From the NCBI GenBank assembly GCA_044229975.1, contig JBGARZ010000003.1:480001-544000 (forward strand): 64,000 nt of DNA. Reading direction: 5' to 3'. Below the pieces are notes generated by a model that worked only from the letters and a program-made list of their open reading frames with translations, made no database searches and was not told the DNA's origin. The position numbers were made by a program, and so were the translations under genes. How positions within the stretch are numbered: position 1 is the stretch's first letter; every line of letters starts with the position of its first letter. This document shows positions 38,486 to 48,129 of the stretch, piece after piece. The DNA is from Polyangiales bacterium (lineage in GTDB: Bacteria > Myxococcota_A > Polyangia > Polyangiales > Ga0077539).

Positions 38486-39283
38486 TTACCCTCGCGGGTC
38501 GAGCCGGTCGCGCAGCCAGTCGCCGGTGAGGTTGAAGCCCAGCACCGTCAGCGTGATGGCGACGCCCGCGGTCACCGCGAGCCGCGGCGCCTGGAGCAGG
38601 TGAGCCGTTCCTTGATCGAGCAGCGCGCCCCACGACGCGGACGCACCCGGGCCCAGCCCGAGAAACGACAGCGACGCCTCGGCGAGCACCACCGCGCCGA
38701 GGCCGAAGGTCGCCTGCACCACCAGCGGGCCCGACGCGTTGGGCAGCACATGGCGAAAGAATACCCGCGCAGGTAAAGCGCCCATCGCCCGCGCCGCGGT
38801 GACGAACTCCCGCTCGCGCAATCGCAGCACCTCCGCGCGCGCCACCCGGGCGTAGCCGACCCAGCCCGTCACCGACAGCGCCGCGACCAGATGGAACACC
38901 CCCGGACGTGCCACCAGCGCGAGCACCGCCATGTTCACGAGCACCGACGGGAAGGACTGCGCCGCGTCGGTCACGCGTGCTGCAACGGCGCCCACGCGAC
39001 CACCAATGAAGGCCGCGCCGCCACCGAGGAGGGTCCCGACGACGAGGGAGATGAGCACCGTGATGACGGAGACGGTTCCGGCGAGGCGGGCGCCATGGAG
39101 GAGCACCGAGAGCACGTCGACGCCGTTGTCGGCGGTGCCCAGCCAGTGATGCGCGGAAGGGCCTTCGAGGGAGTGCGCGAGGTCGATGGCGCGCGGCGAT
39201 CGGGGAGAGACCCACGGTCCCGTGATGGCCATCGCCGTGAAGAGCCCGACGAGGGGCAGACCGAGGCGCGCGCGGAGGTTCAC
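38486..39283 (-). CDS. Peptide/nickel ABC transporter permease (OppC/DppC)
   Basis: [48 protein letters not shown]. Confidence 0.93.
   Translation of the reverse strand: MNLRARLGLPLVGLFTAMAITGPWVSPRSPRAIDLAHSLEGPSAHHWLGTADNGVDVLSVLLHGARLAGTVSVITVLISLVVGTLLGGGAAFIGGRVGAVAARVTDAAQSFPSVLVNMAVLALVARPGVFHLVAALSVTGWVGYARVARAEVLRLREREFVTAARAMGALPARVFFRHVLPNASGPLVVQATFGLGAVVLAEASLSFLGLGPGASASWGALLDQGTAHLLQAPRLAVTAGVAITLTVLGFNLTGDWLRDRLDPRG
38496..38736 (-). repeat. 241-bp direct repeat copy 2, within intact oppC
   Basis: See 37308-37548. Confidence 0.92.
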
Positions 39284-40218
39284 GCGGCGACCCGGATGCG
39301 CGGATCGACCGCGGCGTAGAGCAGGTCGACCACGAGCTGGATGATCGCCACGGTGATGCCGAAGGCGACCACACACGCGAGCACGACAGGCACGTCACGG
39401 CGCAGGAGCGCTTCGAGGAAGAGCAGCCCGAGGCCCGGTCGCTCGAAGATGCGCTCGGTGACCACTGCGCCGCCGAGCAGCGCCGAGAGCTGCGCGCCGC
39501 CGACCGTCAGCAGCGGAACGAGCGCGCTGCGGAGGGCGTGGCGGACGAGCACCGTGCGCTCGGCGAGGCCCTTGGCGCGGGCGGTGGCGATGTACGGTTC
39601 GCGAAGCACTTCGCGAAGTGCGCCGCGGCCCATGCGGGTGAGGATGCCCGCGAGGCCGGCGCCGAGGGTGAGCGACGGGAGCACCAGCGAAGCAGGACCG
39701 CTCGCATCGGGGCCGGGGAAGGGCAGCCACGGGAGGGCGACGCAGAAGAGGAGCACGAGCATCGGGCCGATCCAGAGGGACGGCAGGGCCATGCCGAGGA
39801 GCGAGACCACGCCGACGACGGCGTCGGTGCGGGTGTTGGGGCGTGTGGCGGCGAGGGTCGCGAGGGGGATGGCGATGGTCCACGCGACGAGCACGGCGCA
39901 GACAGCGAGCGCGACGGTGGAGGGCCAGACGGCGGAGACCTCGGCGAAGGCGGTGTGCTCGGGGTGCACGAAGGAGCGACCGAGGCCGCGAAAGATGAGG
40001 TCGCCGAGGAAGCGCACGTACTGCACCGCGAGCGGGTCATCGAGGTGGAGGGCCTGCCGGAGCGCGAGGCGATCGGCGGGGGTGGCGGTCTCGTCGAGGA
40101 GCACGTCGGCGGGGTCGCCGGGCAGCGCGTGGATGGCGACGAAGCTGAGCGAGGCGACGGCGAGCACCGTGAGCGCTCCGGCCCCGACGCGTCGGAGCAG
40201 AAACGCCAGCGGGTTCAC
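39280..40218 (-). CDS. Peptide/nickel ABC transporter permease (OppB/DppB)
   Basis: PGDPA, LDDPLAVQY, YIATARAKGL, VDLLYAAVDPRI. Confidence 0.93.
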   Translation of the reverse strand: MNPLAFLLRRVGAGALTVLAVASLSFVAIHALPGDPADVLLDETATPADRLALRQALHLDDPLAVQYVRFLGDLIFRGLGRSFVHPEHTAFAEVSAVWPSTVALAVCAVLVAWTIAIPLATLAATRPNTRTDAVVGVVSLLGMALPSLWIGPMLVLLFCVALPWLPFPGPDASGPASLVLPSLTLGAGLAGILTRMGRGALREVLREPYIATARAKGLAERTVLVRHALRSALVPLLTVGGAQLSALLGGAVVTERIFERPGLGLLFLEALLRRDVPVVLACVVAFGITVAIIQLVVDLLYAAVDPRIRVAA

Positions 40219-40649
40219 GGCAGGTTGGGGGCGCAGAAGCCGGGCGACAGGGAGACCGTGTCGATGAGGACGTTGCAGGTCTGGCCCGACGGGAGCGTTC
40301 CGGTGATGTTGGCCGTGTTGACGCAGGCGCGCGCGTCGGGGCGGACGCAGTGGTACTCGGGCGTGCGGCAGTCGCTGTCTTCTTCGCAGCCGGCCATGCA
40401 GTAGCGACGTTCGAGGCGCGGGGCGTGCGCGTCGAAGCCGATGCAGAGGGCCTCGTCGGGGCACGAGTTGGGATCGCAGCTCGGCAGGGTGCAGTAGCCG
40501 TTGGGCTGCGAGACGTCGCACTGCCGATCGCCGGTGGCGGAGCAGTCGGTGGAGGCCGAGCAGCCGTCGCCGATGACCTTCTTGCAGGCCCCCGCGGAGA
40601 GCCCGAGAGACAGCAGCAGCGCGAGGAGGGAGACGGGTCGGCGGTTCAT
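40215..40649 (-). CDS. Small Cys-rich lipoprotein
   Basis: AGAC lipobox; IGDGC..., NGYCT..., many Cys; stop overlaps the oppB start. Confidence 0.8.
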   Translation of the reverse strand: MNRRPVSLLALLLSLGLSAGACKKVIGDGCSASTDCSATGDRQCDVSQPNGYCTLPSCDPNSCPDEALCIGFDAHAPRLERRYCMAGCEEDSDCRTPEYHCVRPDARACVNTANITGTLPSGQTCNVLIDTVSLSPGFCAPNLP

Positions 40650-40707
40650 CGAGCGGGCGGAACCTACTGGAACCACTCCACCCGACGCAACCGTCGGGGC
40701 GCCACGG

Positions 40708-42057
40708 TCAGGCGGCGCCGCGCGGATCGACCACGCGACCCATGAAGAGCACCGCGCTGGTGGTGGTGTCGCGGATCACGAACACGAAGGGGTGGTCGAC
40801 CACGAAGGGCGTCGCGACCGGGGGCATTCCTCCGCCGCGCATCATCACGACGGCGGTGGCGGCGGCGGCTTCGGTTCCGGCTTCGTTGACCTCGACGAAG
40901 ACCTTGTGGAAGGCGTCGGAAATGACCAATCGGTCAGCGGGGGTCGGCGGGTTGGCGATGCCGGTGAAGTCGGCGCGCTCGGCGTCGAAGGCGATGGTCA
41001 TCCCGAGCGCACGGAAGGCGTCGCGCAGACCGATGGAGGGAGTCTCGACGCGAAAGCGCGGCAGGCGAAGGGAGACCTGGGCAGGCGCGAGCGCGGCGAA
41101 GGTCGACGTGAGGCGCGCGGCGGTGAGCGACGACTCCATCGCGGCCACGCCGTTGCGGGCGTCGGGCAGGAGGATGTCCATGGCGAGCTGGTCGCCGCGG
41201 TAGGGGATCTCGACGACCTTGAAGCCCGGACCGGTCGCCGTGCGAAGGCTCGCCGCGCGGCTCATGGTGGGCAGCGGGGTGGAGGTGGTTCCGTTGACGA
41301 AGAAGGCGTCGTCGCGCGTGGCGTGGGCGGGGAAGGCGGTCTCCCACGGCGCGCGGAGGTACATCGCGTTGACCAGGATGAGCCGCGTGTCGGGGGTGAC
41401 GGCGGGCGCCGGGAGCAGGTCGCGGATCTTGTCCATGGTCTGCTCGGCGACCCAGGCGTTGATGTGCTGTCGGGCCTCGGCGGACTGGGTGAAGTCGGTG
41501 CGTTCGAGCGGCGCGGCGAAGGCCGAGCGGGTGAGCGCCAGGTAGGGCTCCTCGAAGGTGTAGCGGGTGTGGCCGAAGAGGCGGTTGGCGACGCGTGCGG
41601 TGACGCCCTCACCGAGCTGACCGTTGAAGCGAGCGGACAGCGCACCGAGCGCGGCGGCCTGGCGCGGGGCGTCGAGTCCCGAGTGAAGAACACGGCGCAT
41701 CTCGGCGAGGGTGTCGCCGCGGGCACCCGCTTCGGTCATGCCGAAGGCGAGCGCGATGCTGCCGGGGGCGAGCGCGACGTTGCCGGGCTGCGTGCGAACG
41801 CGAGCGTAGAGGTCGAGCCCGAGCTGGTTGAGCCCCTGGGCGGCGGCGCGTTGATCGTCCATGGTGGACTCCGTCGAAGGGGCCGCGGGGGGCGGCGCGG
41901 TCGGGTTGACGGGGGACTCGACGACGGCGCGCGGAGGCGGGAGCGCGGGCGACGCGGTGCCTTCGGGGGCGACGGGCGGCGGCGACGACGGCGGGCGCGA
42001 TGACTGGCAGGCCGCGAGCGCGAGGGAGAGCGCGAGCGGAGCGATGGGGGTTTTCAT
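40708..42057 (-). CDS. Serpin family lipoprotein
   Basis: LAAC lipobox; LVNAMYLRAPW, EVNEAGTEAAAAT hinge, FVVDHPFVFVI, LFMGRVVDP. Confidence 0.95.
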   Translation of the reverse strand: MKTPIAPLALSLALAACQSSRPPSSPPPVAPEGTASPALPPPRAVVESPVNPTAPPPAAPSTESTMDDQRAAAQGLNQLGLDLYARVRTQPGNVALAPGSIALAFGMTEAGARGDTLAEMRRVLHSGLDAPRQAAALGALSARFNGQLGEGVTARVANRLFGHTRYTFEEPYLALTRSAFAAPLERTDFTQSAEARQHINAWVAEQTMDKIRDLLPAPAVTPDTRLILVNAMYLRAPWETAFPAHATRDDAFFVNGTTSTPLPTMSRAASLRTATGPGFKVVEIPYRGDQLAMDILLPDARNGVAAMESSLTAARLTSTFAALAPAQVSLRLPRFRVETPSIGLRDAFRALGMTIAFDAERADFTGIANPPTPADRLVISDAFHKVFVEVNEAGTEAAAATAVVMMRGGGMPPVATPFVVDHPFVFVIRDTTTSAVLFMGRVVDPRGAA

Positions 42058-42135
42058 GGGGCGTCGGATGATCGACCCCGGGCGGACCTTGGCGCAACCG
42101 ACGACGCCGTCCTTGGGGCGTACGCTGCGGGCGAG

Positions 42136-43665
42136 ATGAACCCACGCGACGAGCTCGACCGGCGGATGCAGCGGCCGCAGCGACACAGGCTGCTCCAGGG
42201 GTACCCGGCGTTTCCACTGATGCGCAGCGCGACCGGGACCGCGTACCCGCTGCACCTCCGCGCGCCCGACGGCGGCGTGCGGCGCATCGATCGGGAACAC
42301 CACTGGCACATCCCCGAGCCCGAGCCCGCGGTCGCCCTCGACGAGCCGCACATCACCGTCGACCGCGCGCGACCACTCCTCGTGGGCGTGCTGCCTCACA
42401 CACAATGTTGTCCGCGCGTGGAGGGCTGCGGGTTCTGCACCTTTCCCCACGACGCGCCGAACAAGGCAGCGCGCCGACGGGTCGCGACGAGCGTGGCGAC
42501 CAGCATCCACGAGCTCCATCGACACCCCGATGCGCTGGACGGGCGTCGCGTGGCGGCGATGTACCTCGGCGGCGGCACCGCCAACCTGTCGCCCGTGGGA
42601 GAGCTCGACGAGCTCTTCCGCGCGGTGTCGACCTACGCGCGAACGGCCGACGCGGAGGTGACGTTGGAGGGGGTTCCGTCGCTCTTCACGTCGTGGCTGT
42701 ACGCGCCGCTCCGCTGGCTCGAAGGGCTCCCGGTGCGATCGCGGCGCATCAGCATGGGGGTGCAGAGCTTCGACCCGAAGCAGATCGAGCGCATGGGGCG
42801 CTCGGCCTTCGGCGACCGGCGCACCGTCGAGGGCCTCGTCCGCCGCGCGCAGTCGGGCGGCATCGCGACCTCCTGCGACCTGCTCTTCAACCTACCGTTC
42901 CAGACGCGCGCGGGGATGCTCGACGATGTCACCCAGGCAATCGAGACGGGCCTCGATCAGGTCTGCCTCTACCACCTCGTTCTCTACGAGGGCCTCGGCA
43001 CGCCCTGGTCCAAGGACCCGTCGCTCCTCGCCGCGCTGCCGTCGACCGAGGCGGCCGTGGACAACTGGCTCGCGCTCCGCGAGGCGCTCCTCGCCGCGGG
43101 CTTCGTCCAGACCACGCTCACCAACTTCGAGCGCCACGACGCGCACGAGAGCCGACGACGCTTCCTCTACGAAGAGGCGAGCTTCACGCCAGAGACCTAC
43201 GACGCGCTCGGCGTCGGCCCGCTGTCGGTGTCGACCTTCATCGACCTGGCCTCACGACGCGCCGTGAAGCTCGCGCGAGCCAAGGGCGTGGGGGCGCTGC
43301 CGTGGTCCATCGACGACCTCTCGTTCAACTACGACGAGACCGACGTCTCGCTGCTGTTCTTCACGCGCATGCTCGCGCGCACCGAGCTGTCGCGCGCGGC
43401 GTGGCGGCGGGTCTTTGGTCGGGACGTCACCGTCGACCACGGAGCCGCCATCGAGGCATGCACCGAGCGGGGGCTCGTGACGCTCGACGACGACGGCTTG
43501 AGGCTGACGCCGCGAGGGATGTTCTTCGCCGACGCCGTGACGGGCACGGCGAGCGCCGCGCGGGTGGCCGAGCTGCGCGCGGAGGCGCACGGTGTTCACA
43601 CCAACGACGCGCTGTCGGCGCCGATGACGATGGGCGGCGGGATCCGCTACGTCGGGATGGGTTGA
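42136..43665 (+). CDS. HemN-like radical SAM protein with atypical cluster motif
   Basis: PHTQCCPRVEGCGFC, YLGGGTA, EVTLEG, RISMGVQSF, DLLFNLPFQT, LTPRGMFFAD. Confidence 0.85.
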   Translation: MNPRDELDRRMQRPQRHRLLQGYPAFPLMRSATGTAYPLHLRAPDGGVRRIDREHHWHIPEPEPAVALDEPHITVDRARPLLVGVLPHTQCCPRVEGCGFCTFPHDAPNKAARRRVATSVATSIHELHRHPDALDGRRVAAMYLGGGTANLSPVGELDELFRAVSTYARTADAEVTLEGVPSLFTSWLYAPLRWLEGLPVRSRRISMGVQSFDPKQIERMGRSAFGDRRTVEGLVRRAQSGGIATSCDLLFNLPFQTRAGMLDDVTQAIETGLDQVCLYHLVLYEGLGTPWSKDPSLLAALPSTEAAVDNWLALREALLAAGFVQTTLTNFERHDAHESRRRFLYEEASFTPETYDALGVGPLSVSTFIDLASRRAVKLARAKGVGALPWSIDDLSFNYDETDVSLLFFTRMLARTELSRAAWRRVFGRDVTVDHGAAIEACTERGLVTLDDDGLRLTPRGMFFADAVTGTASAARVAELRAEAHGVHTNDALSAPMTMGGGIRYVGMG

Positions 43666-45480
43666 TCAGAACGCTTCGACGGGCAGCGCCATGACATCCA
43701 TCGCGCTGCGCTCGACCATCGCGCGGGCGTGCGAGACGTTGGGCAGCACCTCGCGGCAGAAGAAGCGCGCCGACGCGATCTTGCCGTCGTAGAAGGCCCG
43801 CTCGTCGCCATCGGTTCCCTCGCGCTTCGCGACGGCCACGGCAGCGTGGCGCACGAGCAACCACGCGAGCACGGTCTCCGCGGTCGCCATCAGGATGCGG
43901 TTGCCCTGCAACCCGACGTGGTGAACCGACTCGGCCACCTTGCCCATCATCCCCATGTAGATCGCCTGGAGGTCGTCGAGCGCCGTCGCGAGAAGCGCGC
44001 GCTCGGCCAGCAGCGCGCCGCCGCCCTCTTCAATATCGATGGTGTTCTTGACGCGCTCGAAGAGGCCGCTGAGCGTCGCGCCGCCGTCGCGGGCGACCTT
44101 GCGGAAGAAGAGGTCGAGCGCCTGGATGTGGGTCGTCCCCTCGTAGACCGAGTCGACCTTCTGGTCGCGGATGTACTGCTCGATGGGCCAGTCCTGCACG
44201 TAGCCCGAGCCGCCGAAGCACTGGAGCGAGACGCCCAGCAGTTCGTAGCAACGCTCGGAGTTGAAGCCCTTCACCAGCGGCAGCAGCAGGTCGTTGAGCC
44301 GGTCGAGCTCCTTGGTCTTGCCGTGGCCGCCGCCGAGCTCGATCTCGTCCTGCAACGAGGCGACCCACAGCGCGAGCGCGCGCATCCCCTCGGCGTGGCT
44401 CTTCTGGAGCAGCAGCATCCGCCGGACATCAGCGTGCGCGATGATCGGAACGCGCGGCGAGTCCTTCTCCGCGGCGCGCGTGAGGTCGGGGCCCTGCACG
44501 CGGTCCTTCGCGTAGGAGAGCGCGTTGAGGTACGCGGTGGAGAGCGTGGAGAGGGACTTCATCCCCACCGCCATGCGCGCCTGCTCGATGACGTGGAACA
44601 TCTGCCGGATGCCGTCGTGCACCTCGCCCACGAGCAGGCCGCGCGCGGGGACGTCGCCGCCGTACTCGATCTCGCAGGTTACGCTCGCCTTGAGCCCCAT
44701 CTTCTTCTCGATGTTGGTGCACCTCCAGCCGTTGCGCTCGCCGATCGAGCCGTCCTCGTTGACCCAGAACTTGGGCACGATGAAGAGCGACAGACCCTTG
44801 GTGCCGACGGCGCCGCCCTCGGGGCGCGCGAGCACCAGGTGCACGATGTTGTCGACCGAGTCGTAGTCGCCGTTGGTGATGAAGCGCTTGGTGCCTTCGA
44901 TCTCCCACACGTCGTCCTTCACGTGCCGCGCGCGCGCCCGGCCCGCGCCGACGTCGCTGCCCGCGTCGGGCTCGGTGAGCACCATCGCCGCGCCCCAACG
45001 CTGGTCGATCATCTGCGGGAGGTAGCGGGCCTTCTGCGAGGCGGTGCCGAGCCGGTCGATGACCCGGCTCATGAAGTTGCCAAACAGGTAGAACGCCGAC
45101 GCCGGGTTGGACCCCACCACCATCTCGAAGGACGCCCACACCAGCGACGGCGGAGCCCCGACGCCGCCGAGGTGCTGCGGGATCTCGAAGAGGTGCCAAC
45201 CGCCGTCGCCGTAGGCCGCCATGGAGCGCTTGAGCGAGTCGGGCAGCCGCACCACGCCGTCGGCGCCGAGCACCGGAGGCTCACGATCGGACGCCGCGAA
45301 GGAGGGCGCGAGGTCGTTGACGCAGGCCCGCTCGTGCTGGCGCAGCGTCTCGCGCGCGGTCGCCTCGTCGAGCCCCGTGAAGGGCCCGTGGCCCAGCACC
45401 CGGTTGCCCACGTCGAGGAACTCGAAGAGGTTGAAGAAGGTGTCGCGAATGTTCGACCGGTAGTGATTCACCATGCTCAT
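43666..45480 (-). CDS. Acyl-CoA dehydrogenase
   Basis: MVLTEPDAGSDVG, GTKRFIT, GTKGLSLFIVPK, EKKMGLK, YEGTTHIQALD. Confidence 0.95.
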   Translation of the reverse strand: MSMVNHYRSNIRDTFFNLFEFLDVGNRVLGHGPFTGLDEATARETLRQHERACVNDLAPSFAASDREPPVLGADGVVRLPDSLKRSMAAYGDGGWHLFEIPQHLGGVGAPPSLVWASFEMVVGSNPASAFYLFGNFMSRVIDRLGTASQKARYLPQMIDQRWGAAMVLTEPDAGSDVGAGRARARHVKDDVWEIEGTKRFITNGDYDSVDNIVHLVLARPEGGAVGTKGLSLFIVPKFWVNEDGSIGERNGWRCTNIEKKMGLKASVTCEIEYGGDVPARGLLVGEVHDGIRQMFHVIEQARMAVGMKSLSTLSTAYLNALSYAKDRVQGPDLTRAAEKDSPRVPIIAHADVRRMLLLQKSHAEGMRALALWVASLQDEIELGGGHGKTKELDRLNDLLLPLVKGFNSERCYELLGVSLQCFGGSGYVQDWPIEQYIRDQKVDSVYEGTTHIQALDLFFRKVARDGGATLSGLFERVKNTIDIEEGGGALLAERALLATALDDLQAIYMGMMGKVAESVHHVGLQGNRILMATAETVLAWLLVRHAAVAVAKREGTDGDERAFYDGKIASARFFCREVLPNVSHARAMVERSAMDVMALPVEAF

Positions 45481-45570
45481 AGGGCGCCGATCGTATCGCG
45501 ATCGGGACTCTACGGAATGCCTGTTCCGCCGCGGGTCGTGTAGAGTCGGACGTCACCTGGGAGGTCACGT

Positions 45571-48129
45571 GTGATGCGACGATCAACGCTGTTGCTGGGC
45601 CTGTGCGGCCTCGCCGTCACGGGGTGTCTCGACGACCTGTTCAACACCCATGACGCGGGCGGTCTCGCCGGTCAGGGATCGGGGCTCGGGGTCGCCTGCG
45701 AGCGCGACGACCAGTGCCGCTCGGGGCTCCGGTGCGACGCCACCGCCCGCACCTGCGCGACGCGCGGCGACGCGGCGGCGGGGACGAGCTGCCTGCTTAC
45801 GGGCGAGTGCGGGCCGGGGCTCTACTGCTCCGCCGCGGGACTGTGCGCGACCGCCGGCAGCGCCGCGGCGGCCGAGACCTGCGGCGACACGGCGAGCTGC
45901 CAGCGCGGCCTCGTGTGCGTTCGCCTCGCGGGCGAGCTCTTCGGGCTGTGCCAGTCCCCACGCGGCGCGACCGTCGCGACGGGTGATGGCGGCGCACCCG
46001 CCGACGGCGGATCGAGCGGCGCAACCCAACCGAGAGACGTGGGCGGCGCCTGCACCGACCTGCTCGACTGCCAGGCGGGCCTCGACTGCGATCCGACGGC
46101 GCGCACCTGCTTCTCCCCTCGCCTCGCAGCGGCCGCGGCGGCGGGTCGCGACGGCGGCCTTCCAGGGCTCTGGCCGGGCGAGCGCTGCACCGCCGACGAA
46201 GAGGGCCCGGTGCGAGCGTACTTCGAGGTTCCCGCGATGGACGGAACGCCCCCGCACGACTTCTTCCGTCTCCCCTTTCCCAACGACGTGCGCCGCGACC
46301 CGGCCACCGGGCGCGTCAACCTCACGGGCTTTCCCCACCCGGGCACCGCGCTGCTCGGCTTCGACCTGATGGACCGTTACCTGCGCGCCATCGAGCGCTC
46401 GGTCGACGGCTTCGGCACCAACTCCTTCGCGTACTTCCGCTTCTCGGGGCGGCTCGACTTCGCGACGCTGCGCCTCAACGAGACCATCCGCCTCGTTGAC
46501 CTCACCACGGGTCAGCCCACGCTCAGCATCGGCTTCGGCGCCAACACCGCGGGCAACCGCTACCTCTGCGGCAACCCCGTGCTCGTCGACACCGGCCACG
46601 GCGCGCCCATGGAGCCGGGGCACACGTACTCGGCGTTCTTCTTGAGTGGGGTGCGCGACTCGATGGGGCGGCCCGTGGAGCGTGACCCGGACTTCTCGTT
46701 GATGATGGCCGAGGCCGCGCCCGCCGACCCCGCCAAGGCCCGCGCCCACGCCGCGTTTGCGCCGCTCCGGCGGTACCTCACCGCGCAAAACATCGACCCC
46801 GCGACGGTCATCGTGGCGACGGTGTTCACCACGCAGCAGCCCCGGCGCATCGTCCCGGCGTTGCGCGAGGCGGTGCGTGCAGCCGCGGCGCCAGTGCCCG
46901 CGGGCTTCGTGCGCTGCGACACCGGCGTGGTGTCACCGTGCGACGACGGGCTCACCGGCGCCGATCATGTGCGCGGCTGCATCGGCGCGGCCGACCCCGC
47001 GTTCGACGAGCTGCAAGGAACCATCGAGATCCCGTACTTCCAGGCAGGCGCGCGGCCCTATCGCGAGCCCGGCAGCGGCGCCATTCCGACGGACGGGACG
47101 GGGCGCCCGATGGCGCAGGGCACCGAGCGGGTGTGCGTGAGCATCACGGTCCCGCGGGGCGGAGAAATCCCGACGGGCGGATGGCCCACGGTGCTCTACG
47201 CGCACGGCACGGGCGGGAGCTTTCGCAGCGTCGTCACCGAAGGGTTGTCGCGCTCGCTCGCGGGCGTCGACGTCGGGGGCGGGACGACGGTGCGCTTCGC
47301 GACGGTGGGCTTCGACGGCGTGATGCACGGCGCGCGTCGCGGGATGGGCGTGACCACGCCGCCCGACCAGGCGTTTTTCAACTTCGCCAACCCGGAGGCG
47401 GCGCGCGACAACATCCTCCAGGGGAGCGCGGACGTCTTCGCGATGGTTCGCGCGCTGTCGACGGCGACGCTCCCGATGCTGCCGCGCGAGGGGCAGACGG
47501 TGCGCTTCGACCCGCGGCGGATCTTCTTCTTCGGCCACTCGCAGGGCTCGACGGTCGGCCTGCCCGCGGCGGTGTACGAACCCGACATCGCGGGGATGGT
47601 GTTTTCGGGCGCGGGCGGTGACTTGCGGCTCTCGCTGACCAACAAGGTGCGCCCCATCGACATCGCGTCGCTCGTCCCGGTGGTGCTGCAAGACCCCGAC
47701 GGGCGCAGCGCGGCGCACCCGGCGCTCAACGTGTTGCAGATGTTCTTCGAGCGCAGTGATGCCGTGAACTATGGGCGCCTCGCGCTGCTCGACCGGCCCA
47801 TGGGGATGGCCGCGCGCCCGGTGGTGATGACCTACGGGCTCGGCGACTCGTACTCGCCGCCCGCGACCATGCGCACCGTCGCGAGCACCCTCGGCGCACC
47901 CACCGCCGGAACCATCCCCGGCGGCATGAACGCCTGGCCGCCGGCCCCCGCCATGGGCCTTCCCTTCCCGGTGATGAACAACCTCAACGGCGCCACCGCC
48001 GCGCTGCTCCAGGTCGACCCGGGCAGCGCGTACGACGGGCACTTCGTGGTGTTCCGTGACGCCGAGCTCAACGCGCGTGTGCTGCGCTTCCTGGCCACTG
48101 CGGCGCAGGGCGCGGCCGTCATCCGCTGA
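45571..48129 (+). CDS. Large lipoprotein: Cys-rich repeats + alpha/beta-hydrolase (lipase-like)
   Basis: VTGC lipobox; Cys repeats; PFPND, YAHGTGG, GHSQG, GLGD, DGHF. Confidence 0.85.
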   Translation: MMRRSTLLLGLCGLAVTGCLDDLFNTHDAGGLAGQGSGLGVACERDDQCRSGLRCDATARTCATRGDAAAGTSCLLTGECGPGLYCSAAGLCATAGSAAAAETCGDTASCQRGLVCVRLAGELFGLCQSPRGATVATGDGGAPADGGSSGATQPRDVGGACTDLLDCQAGLDCDPTARTCFSPRLAAAAAAGRDGGLPGLWPGERCTADEEGPVRAYFEVPAMDGTPPHDFFRLPFPNDVRRDPATGRVNLTGFPHPGTALLGFDLMDRYLRAIERSVDGFGTNSFAYFRFSGRLDFATLRLNETIRLVDLTTGQPTLSIGFGANTAGNRYLCGNPVLVDTGHGAPMEPGHTYSAFFLSGVRDSMGRPVERDPDFSLMMAEAAPADPAKARAHAAFAPLRRYLTAQNIDPATVIVATVFTTQQPRRIVPALREAVRAAAAPVPAGFVRCDTGVVSPCDDGLTGADHVRGCIGAADPAFDELQGTIEIPYFQAGARPYREPGSGAIPTDGTGRPMAQGTERVCVSITVPRGGEIPTGGWPTVLYAHGTGGSFRSVVTEGLSRSLAGVDVGGGTTVRFATVGFDGVMHGARRGMGVTTPPDQAFFNFANPEAARDNILQGSADVFAMVRALSTATLPMLPREGQTVRFDPRRIFFFGHSQGSTVGLPAAVYEPDIAGMVFSGAGGDLRLSLTNKVRPIDIASLVPVVLQDPDGRSAAHPALNVLQMFFERSDAVNYGRLALLDRPMGMAARPVVMTYGLGDSYSPPATMRTVASTLGAPTAGTIPGGMNAWPPAPAMGLPFPVMNNLNGATAALLQVDPGSAYDGHFVVFRDAELNARVLRFLATAAQGAAVIR

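Noticed and set aside
42058..42525. N-terminal extension of the serpin ORF
   Set aside because: Antisense to the radical SAM gene; the signal peptide starts at 42057.
886..48129. Frequent 3' overlaps of convergent genes (886-923, 6245-6248, 18204-18229, 21389-21402, 31010-31032, 48119-48129)
   Set aside because: Common in compact high-GC genomes; no specific signal.
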